Assembly (NCBI GenBank): GCA_012295275.1
Contig: CM022677.1
Location: forward strand, 4,960,001 to 5,024,000
From: Chrysomallon squamiferum
Taxonomy: Eukaryota > Animalia > Mollusca
Length of the DNA stretch: 64,000 nucleotides
Direction: 5' to 3'
Positions within the stretch are counted from its first letter, which is position 1. Every line of letters starts with the position of its first letter. The notes under the pieces were generated by a model, which did no database searches, was not told the origin of the DNA, and saw nothing but the letters and a program-made list of their open reading frames with translations. Made by a program: the position numbers and the translations under genes. Shown here one piece after another: positions 41,061-54,385 of the stretch.

Positions 41061-41887
41061 TGTTGTTTTTTTGTTTCTATTATTTTTTACTCCTTTAAGT
41101 TCTGTTCTTGTTTTATTTATTTATTTATTTATTTACTAAAGGAGTAATGTTGTCCTTGCTAGTAACTGTGGTGAGTTAGTAGTTGGAAGAATGTTTGATT
41201 ACTGCATTTTGCAGTTTCCCAAGGGGGATCCTATTTTTATTTTGTTTTTATAATCACAATGAAGCCCATTTTAGGTGTAATAATTTTTGGTTTTGATGGT
41301 CAGTTACCAGAATGTCTAGCTCAGATAATGTAATTAGAGATGGTTCTTATTGTTATTTATTTTAATGATGATTGTCATGAGGCTTTGTTTGGGTTATCAG
41401 ATAATTGGTTTGACTAGACACTTAAATGTCTGTTGCAGATTTCTAAAGAAAATAAGCGAATGACAAATTACAGTTAATCAAAACAATTTGAAATGATTGG
41501 TGTGTTTTGAATTTAAATTTGATACTTTTATTTCTCATTGCTCAATAACAGTGAGGCCTTTTTTCATCTTTTTTTTACAGTTTTGTTAGCAACAGATAAA
41601 ACAATATTTATCATATTAACTGATACTGAAAAAAAAAGTTAAAAAAAAGAAAAATAAACATACAGACAAATAAACAATAAATAAAATAATAATTAAATAA
41701 AAATAAAAAATAGATAATAAAATAAAGTAAATAAAAATTGTTATTTAAAGTTCATTTTCTGATATGAACAGTTTAATAATAATAATCTTTTATTAGAAAA
41801 TATTCACTTTAACAAACCTAAGTAACTTATATTCCTTAAGGTTATATTCATTTGTTACTTAGGTTTTTTTCCTTTTTTTTAATTTTA

Positions 41888-41944
<57 letters not shown>

Positions 41945-41973
41945 ACTACTAGTACTATTACTACTACTACCAC

Positions 41974-42022
<49 letters not shown>

Positions 42023-42205
42023 TTATTTCTAGTATTATTCTGAAAGAGCATGTTACAATGATAAGATAAAAGATGTAAAATTGTTCATACAAGTGTTTGT
42101 ATGTATAACAGACATTTTGTTGATAGTAAATGAGTTGGCCCAGGATAAACATGTACTGAAACAAGCACAGCTACACAAACACACACTCACACACACACAC
42201 CCACC

Positions 42206-42239
<34 letters not shown>

Positions 42240-42299
42240 TGCTTATAAACTATACCTGTTCAGGAAAACAAAATTCTGAAACCATTTTAGTCCCTTACT

Positions 42300-42517
42300 G
42301 TCTCTCTGTCTCACTGTCTCTCTCTCTGGTATGTTTGTGTGTGGCTGTCTCACTGTCTCTGTCTCTCTCTGTATGTTTATGTGTGGCTGTCTCTTTGGCT
42401 CACTGTCACTGTCTCTCTGTATGTTTATGTGTGGCTGTCTCTGTCTCTGTCTTTCTGGTATGTTTGTGGCTGTCTCACTGTCTCTGTCTTTCTCTCTGGT
42501 GTGTTTATGTGTGGCTG

Positions 42518-42550
<33 letters not shown>

Positions 42551-42580
42551 GGTATGTTTATGTGTGGCTGTCTCTGTGCT
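42300..42580. repeat. Compound repeat (tgtatgtttatgtgtggctgtctc plus CT/CTGT tracts)
   Basis: About 6 copies of the core motif separated by CT-rich spacers. Confidence 0.85.
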
Positions 42581-42950
42581 GTATTCAAGAATACCTTCAT
42601 CTTCATACATTCTCTTTTTACAAAATAACAAAACTCTTAAAAAAGCAAAAATGTCTTATCTTCAATACCAAATGTCACAAAATCAGATAAATTTGACATG
42701 AAGCAATAAACTTCCCATAATTCCCAAGTGCTAAATACTGTTAACTACTACTTCCTGTTAATTGTTATGTGCAAAGGAAAATACATTTTGAGTAATCTCC
42801 CTTCGGTAAATCATACATTACCAATATTGTAATATTGGAATTATAATAATTTTGTTAGTTACATTATTATATCAGTTTTATCTCAGATTAAAGCACATAA
42901 TGTCATTAGTTAATTTAATAATAATAATAATAATGATAATAATAACAATA

Positions 42951-42981
<31 letters not shown>

Positions 42982-44273
42982 TGAACAAGAACAGTAATAG
43001 TAATGACTGTATTTTGTATTGCAGTATTGGAAGATACGTTACCAGCGTTTACATGAGCAATTATTTTTATTTTATTTTTATTGTTATTGTTATTGTTATT
43101 GTTATTATTATTATTATTATTATTATTTTTTTATTTTTTTATTTTACATAGTTTCAGATTTTCTGAATGTTTTGTTTTATTTTCACAGTGATGAAAAGAA
43201 GAAAACTGTAATAATCTCAGTTATAGGGGTTTGTTTCTGATCGGGTTATTGTGGCTGAATTTTGATATCACTGGCACAAGAGAGCAAAGGTGAAGAGGAA
43301 GACTGAGGCAATCAGAGCTAAGATGTCTGGTCATGAAGAAACTGAGGTGAGTTTCTTTTATCAGACTGATCTGATATTAAACACACACTTATCTGTTTTA
43401 TAGACAGATATATATATATATACATTATATTTATTTTATTCACATTTCTGTGTGAGTAACTTTTTTATGTAATATGTTTATATTGTATATTTACGTAAAC
43501 ATACGACCTTCAGTCATATCACATTCAAATGATTTTTTTATGTACAAAATTATAAAAGTTTGTTAGCCAGTTGTTCTTAATCTGATACAAATGCATGATG
43601 CAGGATGGTAAAGACATACACACATCTATAAGTAAATGTTTTTATTTCAGCCCCTGACAGTTAAACCTGACCCAACCCAGCTGAGACTGGTAAAAGAATC
43701 TGAACTGAAACAAGGAGGAATTGTTGGCTACGAAGTATTTGGAACGGTATATAAGGTGAGAATAAAATTACATATCTTTGGTATCATTACTGTTGCAACT
43801 ACTGTTACTAGTACTATTACTATTATTACTATTATTATTGTTATTGTTATTAGTATTACTTTCCCTTTTATTATTATCATTGTTACTGTCATTATTATTG
43901 TTATTATTATTATCATTACTGTTATTGTTTTTGTTGTTGTTGTTGTTGTTGTTGTTGTTATTATTATTAACCAGGGATACTGGATACCAGAAGGTAGAAA
44001 ATGTCAAGATTCCAGTAGCTATTAAAGAGTTACAGGATGGGACTCCTAACCAGATCAAGGAGCTGTTGGAGGAGGCATGGGTGATGGCGTCAGTGAAGCA
44101 TCCTTATTGTGTCAGAATCCTTGCAGTGTGAATGATGGCACAGATGATGTTGATCACTCAGCTGATGTCACTTGGCTGTGTTCTCCTGAGAAAAAAAAAG
44201 ACCTCATTGAATCTAAAGTCCTCCTCAACTGATGTACTCAGATAGCCAGTGTGAGTGTTGTCAAATATACACC

Positions 44274-44305
<32 letters not shown>

Positions 44306-44564
44306 GCACACACAGAGACACACTTACACACAATACACACAGAGACACCCACATACTACACATAGATGCACACAGACACACACACGTACACAAAAACACA
44401 ATACACACAACACACACAGATATATACAACACACATATACACACAACTCAGAGAGACATACAAACACATGCTTAATCACACACATACACAACACATATAA
44501 ACTGTTGTTTTCAGGGAATGATTTAGTTAGAGGAAAGGGGAATTGTCGATAGAGATCTAGTGCT

Positions 44565-44738
44565 GTACGTGTTGTGTGTGTTGTGTACGTGTGTGTGTAC
44601 TGTTTGTGTACGTGTGTGTGTGTACTGTTTGTGTATTGGTGTGTGTTGTTTGTGTGTGTTGTGTACGTGTGTGTGTGTTGTGTATGTGTGTGTGTGCTGT
44701 TTGTGTATGGGTGAATATTTGACAACACTGACACTAAC
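44565..44738 (-). other. Inverted duplicate of the upstream intron 5' end, inserted in the EGFR catalytic-loop exon
   Basis: 44703-44735 is the reverse complement of 44248-44280 with 2 mismatches; the rest is the GT mirror of the CA-rich intron. Confidence 0.85.
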
Positions 44739-46194
44739 AATGTACTTGGTGAGCATTCTTTGTCAACTAAGTATTTTAAAAGCATTTTATTTTCACATTT
44801 TCTTGTTTGTTTGTTTTTGTTTTGTTTTTCTTTTCTTTTTGTTTGCTGATGTTTATTTTTTGTTTTCTTTTTTAAATTGGTGTAGTTTTCTAGATCCAAC
44901 AGAAAGTAGTTTTTTTTCTTCCTCTATTTAAAAAATATTTATTTTCCTTTTAAAGTTTAATTAGAATCTTTGTTAGTCAGCTTAACAAAACAATAAATAA
45001 ATAAATAAGTAAATATATTTTCAAGATTTCAAATAATAGTACTTATAACAATTTTATGCAATAGTAGTAGTAGAAGTAGTAGTAATAACAACAATAATAA
45101 TTATAATAGTAATAACAGTAATAATAATAGTAGTAGTAGTAGTAATAATAACAGTAATAATGATAATAATAATAATAATAATAATAATCACTGAAATTAT
45201 ATTTATTTAATTTGTTTAACTTTATACAAACCCCGAATCAGGTGAAGATCACAGATTTTGGATTAGCTAAACTTCTTGATTACAATGAGGAAGAGTACTA
45301 AGCTGGTGGTGGAAAAGTGAATGGAACATTAGTAATTCACATTTCTCACTAATCAAAAACACTGATAAATTGGTTCAAATTCAGATTTTAAATATTGAAG
45401 TTTAAATTCTGTTTTCTTATTAATAGGGAACTTACAAACTGAAACTTGGAATAGTCTTAGTTGAGTTTTTTATTAACTGGGAACATTGATATGCTGAAAT
45501 TTTGAAAAGATTAAATTTCATATATTATAAACTGGAAAATATATGAAAAACGAGATTTTTTTTTTTTTCACTGTTTCAGATGCCAATCAAGTGGTTAGCT
45601 CTGGACAGAATATTCACACACAAAACTGATGTCTGGAGTTATGGTATAACCTTCTTTTTATCTTTTATCCTTTTTTATAATTTTAATGCAGAAATGACAT
45701 TTGAATATGTAAGATGCATCAATTTTAATCCGTGTTTGTAAAATGAAAAATATATATAATAAAGTGTACTTCGAAGAACAAACAGTCTAAACACATTTCT
45801 CTTACTTTGAGTCATTTTGAAATTAATATTTTTAATACTAATTTTTACTAACAATAAAGTATGAAAATTTATATTACAGGTTCATTAACGATATACTGAA
45901 TCTTAATTTTTCTTGCTTTGTGATAGTAAAAATATTTCACTGATACAGAATGTAAACAAATTTGAAACTGATGGAGGTGACTAATTTTTAAAATATTTTT
46001 TATTTGTTTTGTTGTTGTTGTTCAGGAGTCACTGTGTGGGAACTGTTTATGTTTGGTCAAACACGATACGACAACATCCACGAAGTTCTCCATTTCCTGA
46101 AGAGCGGAGAGTGACTGCCACAGTCTCCAATCTGCTCCATTTACGTCTACATCATCATCATCAAGTGTAAGTTTCCTTGTCATAGACATCGTCA

Positions 46195-47446
46195 TGTATT
46201 TGTGTGAGAGTGTGTGTGTATTTGTGTGTGTTTGTGTATTTGTGTGTGTTTAGTTTGTATATTTGTGTGAGAGTGTGTGTGTATTTGTGTGTGTTTGTGT
46301 ATTTGTGTGTGTTTAGTTTGTATATTTGTGTGAGAGTGTGTGTGTATTTGTGTGTGTTTGTGTATTTGTGTGTGTTTAGTTTGTATATTTGTGTGAGAGT
46401 GTGTGTGTATTTGTGTGTGTTTAGTTTGTATATTTCTGTGAGAGTATGTGTATTTGTGTGTGTGTGTGTATTTGTGTGAGTTTAGTTTGTATATTTGTGT
46501 GAATGTGTGTGTATTTGTGTGAGTGTGTGTATATTTGTGTGAGTGTGTGTGTATTTGTGTGAGTGTGTGTGTATTTGTGAGTGTTGTGTATTTGTGTTTT
46601 AGTTTTGTATATTTCTGTGAGAGTATGTGTATTTGTGTGTGTTTGTGTATTTTTGTGTGAGTTTAGTTTGTATATTTGTGTGAGTGTGTGTGTATTTGTG
46701 TGTGTTTAGTTTGTATATTTGTGTGAGAGTGTGTGTGTATTTGTGTGTGTTTGTGTATTTGTGTGTGTTTAGTTTGTATATTTGTGTGAGAGTGTGTGTG
46801 TATTTGTGTGTGTTTGTGTATTTGTGTGTGTTTAGTTTGTATATTTGTGTGAGAGTGTGTGTGTATTTGTGTGTGTTTGTGTATTTGTGTGTGTTTAGTT
46901 TGTATATTTCTGTTAGAGTATGTGTATTTGTGTGAGTGAGTGTGTATTTGTGTGAGTTTAGTTTGTATATTTGTGTGAATGTGTGTGTATTTGTGTGAGT
47001 GTGTGTGTATTTGTGTGAGTGTGTGTGTATTGTGAGTGTGTGTGTATTTGTGTGAGTTTAGTTTGTATATTTCTGTGAGAGTATGTGTATTTGTGTGTGT
47101 TTGTGTATTTGTGTGAGTTTAGTTTGTATATTTGTGTGAGTGTGTGTGTATTTGTGTGTGTTTAGTTTGTATATTTCTGTGAGAGTATGTGTATTTGTGT
47201 GAGTGTGTGTGTTTGTGTGTTTAGTTTGTATATTTGTGTGAGTATGTGTATTTGTGTGAGTGTGTGTATTTGTGTGAGTTTAGTTTGTATATTTCTGTGA
47301 GTGTGTGTATTTGTGTGTGTTTGTGTATAAGAGTGTGTGTGTATTTGTGTGTGTGTTTGTGAGAGAGTGTGTGTGTTTTTGTGTGTGTGTGAGAGAGTGT
47401 GTGTGTTTTTTTGTATGTGAGAGTGTGTTTGTGTGTGTGTGTGTGT
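46195..47446. repeat. GT-rich compound minisatellite with 60-bp higher-order units (EGFR intron)
   Basis: Repeating gtgtgagagtgtgtgtgtatttgtgtgtgtttgtgtatttgtgtgtgtttagtttgtatattt. Confidence 0.95.
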
Positions 47447-48664
47447 CCGGTATTACATGGTTGAAATCACTCAGGATATTTTGGGATTATTAAAACAAAT
47501 TTTCAGGTTGGATGCAGAAAGCCGTCCATCTTTCCAAGAGCTTGCAGAAGAGTTTGCTGAAATGTCTCGAGATCCTGGCTGATTCCTGTCTTTCCTGTAA
47601 TTGTTTTATTTAAAACACATCCACCTTTCCTCCTCGTTTAGTGACAGTTCTAAAATCCATTTCTCACAGTTTGAAAACAATCACTGTGAAATTAGGTGTA
47701 GGTTGATAACAGGTTGAAGGAAAGTTTATTCTTACTTTTAGAAACGTCAAAATTATTAAAATTGTGACTAGTTAGGCTTAATTTTGGTTGCATTAAATTA
47801 TTATTATTGTTATTATTATGTGTTTTCTGCATCATTATAAAAGTAATTTTAAAATTAGATAAAACTTCCTGCATGATAGAATAACAGACACATATTTTCT
47901 TGTTGTCATGGAGATGAAACTTTTATTAATTAATTAATTTATTTTGTTAACATTTATTATTTCTTTATATCTAGTCACAACTTTGTAAAGTCACATCTCT
48001 GTTTTGTGTTGTCAGTCACTCTTTAGTTTTTTATTCCTCCACAGTCACTACTTTGATCCATCGTTTTTACAATCACTACTTCATTTCTCATTACATTTGT
48101 ATTATTATGTTTATTGTTATTGTAATTGTTATTACCATCCTCGCCACCACCACTGTCAAAGAACACAACTGCTGCTAACACATGCAACTGTCAGTTACTT
48201 ATGGTCCCTTATACTGAAACTGGTCCCAGTAAGACCAAATAGTAGAAAACTGCTTGAAGAATTTCACGGAATATTTATTACACAAGTAAATCTGCTACAT
48301 CAGTCTTTGTATTAGCAATCCAGTTGTTACAAGTCCAAATGTCTAGTGTCTGAAATTTGTCCAGTATAGTACAACCTCTGTAAAACAGACACTGTCTAAA
48401 AATACCTCTTCTTTGTGACTGCATTATGCAGGTTTTTTTTATCCAGTGTATTAAAAAAACAAAGAAAACAACAGCAAACAACCCCCCAAAAAAGAATTAG
48501 TTTAGTAATAATGTTTATATGTCAGTTAATAGTTTTTACTTACATATTTATTCATTATTTCCTCTTCAACTGAAGTAAAGTTCTTCACAATAAACAATGT
48601 GACTTTGAACCCATTGCATGGACTTTTCCAGATTTAAATGGATACTTACAGAAATCCACTGAAG

Positions 48665-48732
<68 letters not shown>

Positions 48733-48992
48733 GTTATTATTTTATTTCAAATGTTTATTTATGTAAACACAAAACTAATTTTCTAATAAGCATTGACAAT
48801 ATCAAGGAAGCTGGATTCTGAAATGTTGGGTTAGTGGTTAGCCCATACTGATAAACGGGTAGAATATACAGATCCGTGTTTAAAAGATGGATTCCTGATT
48901 AGAGAACATGGATCAGTGATAATCACACATGGATTATTGGTTTCAGAAGATGATTGACAGCTGGTTGCTTGTAGGAAGTCTCCTCAGTTCTC

Positions 48993-49053
<61 letters not shown>

Positions 49054-49835
49054 AAGTTCTTTCTTTCTATCACATTGTAAGACACAGATAATTTTTTTTT
49101 TTTAAAACCAGCACAATAAAAAACAATGGGAAATTAACAAACTAAAATGAATATTCATTTCCAATGCATATGCAAACATACTTGTGTTTATCATTACTAT
49201 TTATGTTTTTATTTATTGATTTATATTTGTGTTTATATAATATATTTTAATTTAGAATTGTTATTTTATTCTGGGTTTAATATTTTGATTTTTTTCTTTC
49301 AGTCATTAAACTTTAATTTTTCTCTTTTTTTATTTACATAATTATTAATAGTTGATTTATTTAAGTAATTAATTATTTTAATGATAAGCTTTCTTTTGGT
49401 TTTGTTTTAAGCTTGAAGCAGAAAAAAGAAATTAAATAAAAAATTTCTCATTTTTATTTCTATAAACATAAAATGATTTTATGCTTCTTTAGCAGCAAAA
49501 AACAAACAAAAACATGCATTGTATGATGTAACTTGAATTCATCCAGTTAGTCTTCGTGTACTTTATTTTTATTATGAACTTTGTTACATTTGTGTTTTGC
49601 AGGGAGATAAGTGTCTGCCGAGTGACGTGTATGACAAGACTGATTTGATTCGCAGCGTGAACGTCGCTGTTGATGCACCTGAGCAGTTGGTGGAAGCTCA
49701 TGAATATCTACAACTTCTACCTGTACCTGGCAGTTCACCTCCTCACAAAGATGTGAGACTTTTAACTTATATTAATTAATGTCATTTAGATTAGTGTTGT
49801 ACTGAGGTATGTAGATATGTACACATTTGCTCTGT

Positions 49836-49901
<66 letters not shown>

Positions 49902-51159
49902 GATTTCGTGGTGTGTACTGGTTATTCAGAAAGAAGGAAATTCTCACATAAAGAAAATCACATTTTGTACTTAAACTCAAATTTTAAGAATTTTATACAA
50001 GCAAAGAGTTTTGAAACAAAACCGTGTTAAAATATTGACATTTGATAATTAGTAAGAAATGATGTCAAGGAGAAAAAAAATTGAATGTCTGTAGAGAGAT
50101 ACAAATAAAAGTGTAATAAAAAAAAGAAGTAAATTAACAATATTTAGACTACATTTCTCATTAAAGAAAAACAAATTTGCTTTTTTCTCTTTTTTAAATG
50201 ATACTTGAATCTGTCAGTTAAAACTGGTTAAGGCACACTGTGTGTGAAGATAATAATTAATTTTAAATTCTCAGATGGCTGATGGGAAAGCTCAGCTTGA
50301 ATCAGTCGCAGAGGTGCACTGTCTGAAAAGGTCTCCTGTGCACACTGACCTAACCAACCCACAACGTAACTCTGATTCAGTACGCTTCCTTAGTGACAAA
50401 GGTAAACAGTGTGATGTCAGGTATACAGTAAACATGATGTAAAGTTAATCATTTCATGTCAAAGAAAAAGTGAAACATTTTGACGTCAAATATGAAGCAA
50501 ATATTTTAATGTAGACAAAGTATATAATTTGATGTCAGTTATAGAGTAAATAGTTAAATATAAAGTAAACATTTAGATCAATTACAAAGTAAAACATTTG
50601 GATATCAAATATGAAATAAAAAGTTTGATGTTAAAGAAAAAGGTAAACATTTTCATGACAAATATACTTTTTTATGACTAAAGAATATAAATAAATAACA
50701 GTGCATTGCTGTTAATATGTTGATAATAAATCTAAAGTAAAGTTTGTAAGTTTTAAAAGTTGAAAATATATTTGTTAAACAGAATATAGAGGTAATTTTT
50801 ATATAAAACTAAATCTTCTGATGTAATGGAGAAAATAAACAACATTTTTTATCTTTGTATTATTATTATTTTTTATTTTTTTTTTTTTTTTTTATCAAAT
50901 ATGTTTGATTACACATTGATGTGCAGATAGTAAAAAAAGAAGTATTTAGAAAGAGAAAATCAAAACTTCGGTAGTTACGTACATTTGTTTGTGTTTTCAG
51001 ATGAAGTAGTTTTGCCGTGTCAGGATTTTGATGAAGCTGAACTGAACATCCCCTCACCTCCCCCACCCCTGCAGTTCCTGGGAGGCGGAGATGATTACTT
51101 GTCGCCTGACCCCCCCATTCTGTCAGGATACATAGAGCTTCTTGATGAAGGTAACATCG

Positions 51160-51845
51160 TGAATGAATGAGTAAATGAATGAGTGAATGAATGAGTGAGT
51201 GAATGAATGAATGAATGAATGAAATGAATGAATAAATGAATGAGTAAATGAATGAGTGAATGAATGAGTGAATAAAATAGTAAATGAATGAGTGAATGAA
51301 TGAGTGAATGAATGAGTAAATGAATGAGTAAATGAATGAGTGAATGAATGAGTGAATAAAAGTAATGAATGAATGAATGAATGAATGAATGAATGAATAA
51401 GAATAAAATAGTAAATGAATGAGTGAATGAATGAGTGAATGAATGAGTGAATAAAATGAGTAAATGAATGAGTAAATGAATGAGTGAATAAAAGAGTAAA
51501 TGAATGAGTGAATGAATGAGTGAATGAATGAGTGAATAAAAGAGTAAATGAATGAGTGAATGAATGAGTGAATGAATGAGTGAATAAAAGAGTAAATGAA
51601 TGAGTGAATGAATGAGTGAATGAATGAGTGAATAAAAGAGTGAATGAATGAGTGAATGAATGAGTGAAATGAAATGAGAGTGAATGAATGAGTGAATGAA
51701 TGAGTGAATGAATGAGTGAATAAAAGTGAATGAATGAGTGAATAAAAGAGTAAATGAATGAGTGAATGAATGAGGGAATGAATGAGTAAATGAATGAGTA
51801 AATGAATGGATGGGTGGATGGATGGACAGATGAATGAACAAATGA
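51160..51845. repeat. (TGAA/TGAG)n compound microsatellite (EGFR intron)
   Basis: Direct reading; source of the 248 and 252 aa HSF/HSL ORFs. Confidence 0.95.
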
Positions 51846-53565
51846 ATTAGTGATTGGTTGAAAATGAATGTACCATTTCATAACAAAAAAAATAAAAGTG
51901 AATCTAAGAAGAAATGATTGAATGAATGGAGAAGAGAATAAATGAAAGAATTAAAAAGCACTGTAATATCTGTTGTTTCTTGCTTTCATTTTTTTTTCAG
52001 CATTTTATGAAAATGAAGTGTCTTTCGAAGATGGAGCAACAGTTTGTTTTGAAAAAGACGAGGAAATCCCTGGGACTGAAACAGAAGTGTAGGGAATATT
52101 CCAAGCAGAACCAGTGCTGTAGTAGTTTGTATGTTGATGTTATTCAACATTAATTTTCTCTATGTTCTTTTTTATTTTTATTTTCTCTCACTACTTTTGA
52201 AATTGTTAAAGTTAAGAAGTATTAAAATTTTTTTTCTTTTCTTCTGATATAGGTTTTTAAAAATAATTGTTATCTATAAACAGATTTTTGATTTTCTTTT
52301 TTCTTCTTTTTTTTTTTCAGAATTTGTAGTTTGTTTAGAAGTCAGAAGATGGCTGAGAACCAATTACTTATTTTACCTCTTTACAGAAAAACACGTAAAG
52401 GGAGATAATTCTTTCAGTTTGTGAAAATTGCTCAGGAAAAGACTTATTACAAAAATATAGGAGTAGGTTTTGCAGTTTTGTAGAACATGTATAGCAGACA
52501 TTTTCGTTTTAGAATTATGTCCCTTGAACACATTATCATACATTGTTTTTGTTTAGTTCTCAAGTGTTTCAAAGTTGTTTCAATAAAAAAAGTTCTTATA
52601 TAACAAATATGTTTGTGTTTTTTATATATATTGTAAATATTGTTTCTTCACATCAAATAAGAATTCTATATTTTAATTATTTTTTATTTTACTATTTTTA
52701 TTTATTAATTTAATTATTAATACTATTCAAATAATAATAATAATTATTATTATTATTATTATTATTTTATTTTTATCTTATATTTTATGTATTATTTCAT
52801 TACACTTAAAGTTTAAAAAGTATTAGTAATAAAAACAAAATTATGTATTGATAAAAAACAAAGAACTAAGACTGAATGAATTTTAAAATTAGTTTAATAT
52901 TAATAAATTTTAAATAATTACAAGAGAGAAAGAGAGTGTGTTGTTTTTGTTTTGTTTTTATTATATCTTGGCTTATTCTTTTTCCTGTTTCTTTTCTTTT
53001 CCTTGCTTTTTCTGATTCTTGTTTCATCTTTTTCCCTTTTTTCTTCATATTTTGTTGTTTCTTTTGTTTTGTTGTTTATTCTTTTCTTTTTTTCTAGTTT
53101 TCTTTCTTTCTGTTTGTATGTAAGTGCATGTGTGTTTTTCTATTAACCACAAAAGACATTTGTTTTGTGTCGTACACAATCATAAATGATTATTCAAATA
53201 CAAAAAGACATTAAATATAGAAATGTCAGCTAAAATGTTAGAAAAAAAAAGTTTATTAAATTGGATGCTAATGGAGTAATGTAGATCGAATTATTAAAGA
53301 ATTTAATGCTCGGTTTGCTAAATTAATTTCCGATCAAAAACCATAGATCTATTTTCGGTATGCCAGTCACTTAATCTTCATACCAAGTTGAGAAATGATC
53401 TGAAAAACAAATAAAAATAAAAATAATATACTCACTGACAAGGTCCGATCATAGCAGCATATTTGAAAGTATTTCACGACTTGCCTAGCAAACAGCGAGT
53501 GATGGTGTTGTTGACATCAAAACATCCAAACAGCAGAAGCAGACAACATTGCAGATGCTGTTCAC

Positions 53566-53614
<49 letters not shown>

Positions 53615-54190
53615 ACGTAAATGGTGAAAAACATCTTTAGTCAAGATCCTGTTTCATTTTTCAGCTATCTTGTAGATCTGATGTTACACTGGATTTCTCC
53701 TGAATGTCAGATGAAGTAAGCAACACTGACAGTTACTGTGTTCACTCGTTACCTCTTTGTACTGGAACAAACCAGTTGAAGATAATTATTTAAATATTTG
53801 TAACTATGAGATAACAAAATCCAGTGATAACACTGTTTACCTGTAGCACTTTCCATTCATTAACAGCAGTTAACAGATTATGTCCTTCAAACTGTGGTAA
53901 ATGAAGGTTTATTAAACACTTTTTTACTATAAATGTTGAAAAATTAAGCTCAAGACTTTCCACATAAAGCTGTCATAAAATTAACAGAGACCGTACTAAA
54001 ATTGTTTGAAATTTAAATACTTTCCTAATATATAATTGCCTGGACATTTCTAAATAAATAATTTTCTCTTTATACTATATGGATGATTTAACTGGAATTA
54101 ATATAGCTGCAGTATTTCAGTTTTCTTCTCTAAAAGAAAACTGGATAAACTACCTCTCCTGAAAAAACATTTTGATAACAGCAAAACCAA

Positions 54191-54385
54191 AACTCTAGGA
54201 AGAAAGGAATGAAAGAAAGAAAGGAACTCTAGGAAGAAAGGAATGAAAGAAAGAAAGGAACTCCAGGAAGAAAGGAATGAAAGAAAGAAAGGAACTCTAG
54301 GAAGAAAGGAATGAAAGAAAGAAAGGAACTCTAGGAAGAAAGGAATGAAAGAAAGAAAGGAACTCTAGGAAGAAAGGAATGAAAG
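54191..54385. repeat. 34-bp purine-rich tandem repeat, about 5.7 copies
   Basis: aactctaggaagaaaggaatgaaagaaagaaagg at 54191, 54225, 54259, 54293, 54327, 54361. Confidence 0.95.

Larger units (their letters stand above)
43189..52092 (+). pseudogene. EGFR: EGFR/ErbB receptor tyrosine kinase unprocessed pseudogene; transmembrane, kinase and C-tail only
   Basis: Exons 43189-43346 (TM/juxtamembrane, frameshifted), 43651-43755 (PLT..LVKESELKQGGIVGYEVFGTVYK), 43975-44250 (GYWIPEG/ENVKIPVAIKEL..EEAWVMASV..LLN*CTQIAS), 44515-44748 (GMI*LEERGIVDRDL..[insert]..NVL), 45225-45316 (VKITDFGLAKLL), 45580-45643 (MPIKWLAL..DVWSYG), 46026-46166, 47507-47596, 49603-49752, 50275-50401, 51001-51150, 52001-52092 (..ETEV*). 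Stops at 44129, 44230, 44524, 45299, 46112, 47580, plus frameshifts and a lost AG near 45224. Confidence 0.95.

Noticed and set aside
44565-44738. Insert as a novel intron (starts GTACGT, has CTAAC near its end)
   Set aside because: No 3' AG before the resumed NVL codons, and the segment is explained as an inverted copy of the adjacent intron
43651-47596. Functional pseudokinase or stop-codon readthrough/recoding interpretation of EGFR
   Set aside because: Lesions include TGA, TAG and TAA stops, frameshifts, a lost acceptor and an insertion; inconsistent with a single recoding mechanism
51095-51881. 248-aa and 252-aa minus-strand ORFs
   Set aside because: Translation of a (TTCA/CTCA)n microsatellite inside an EGFR intron
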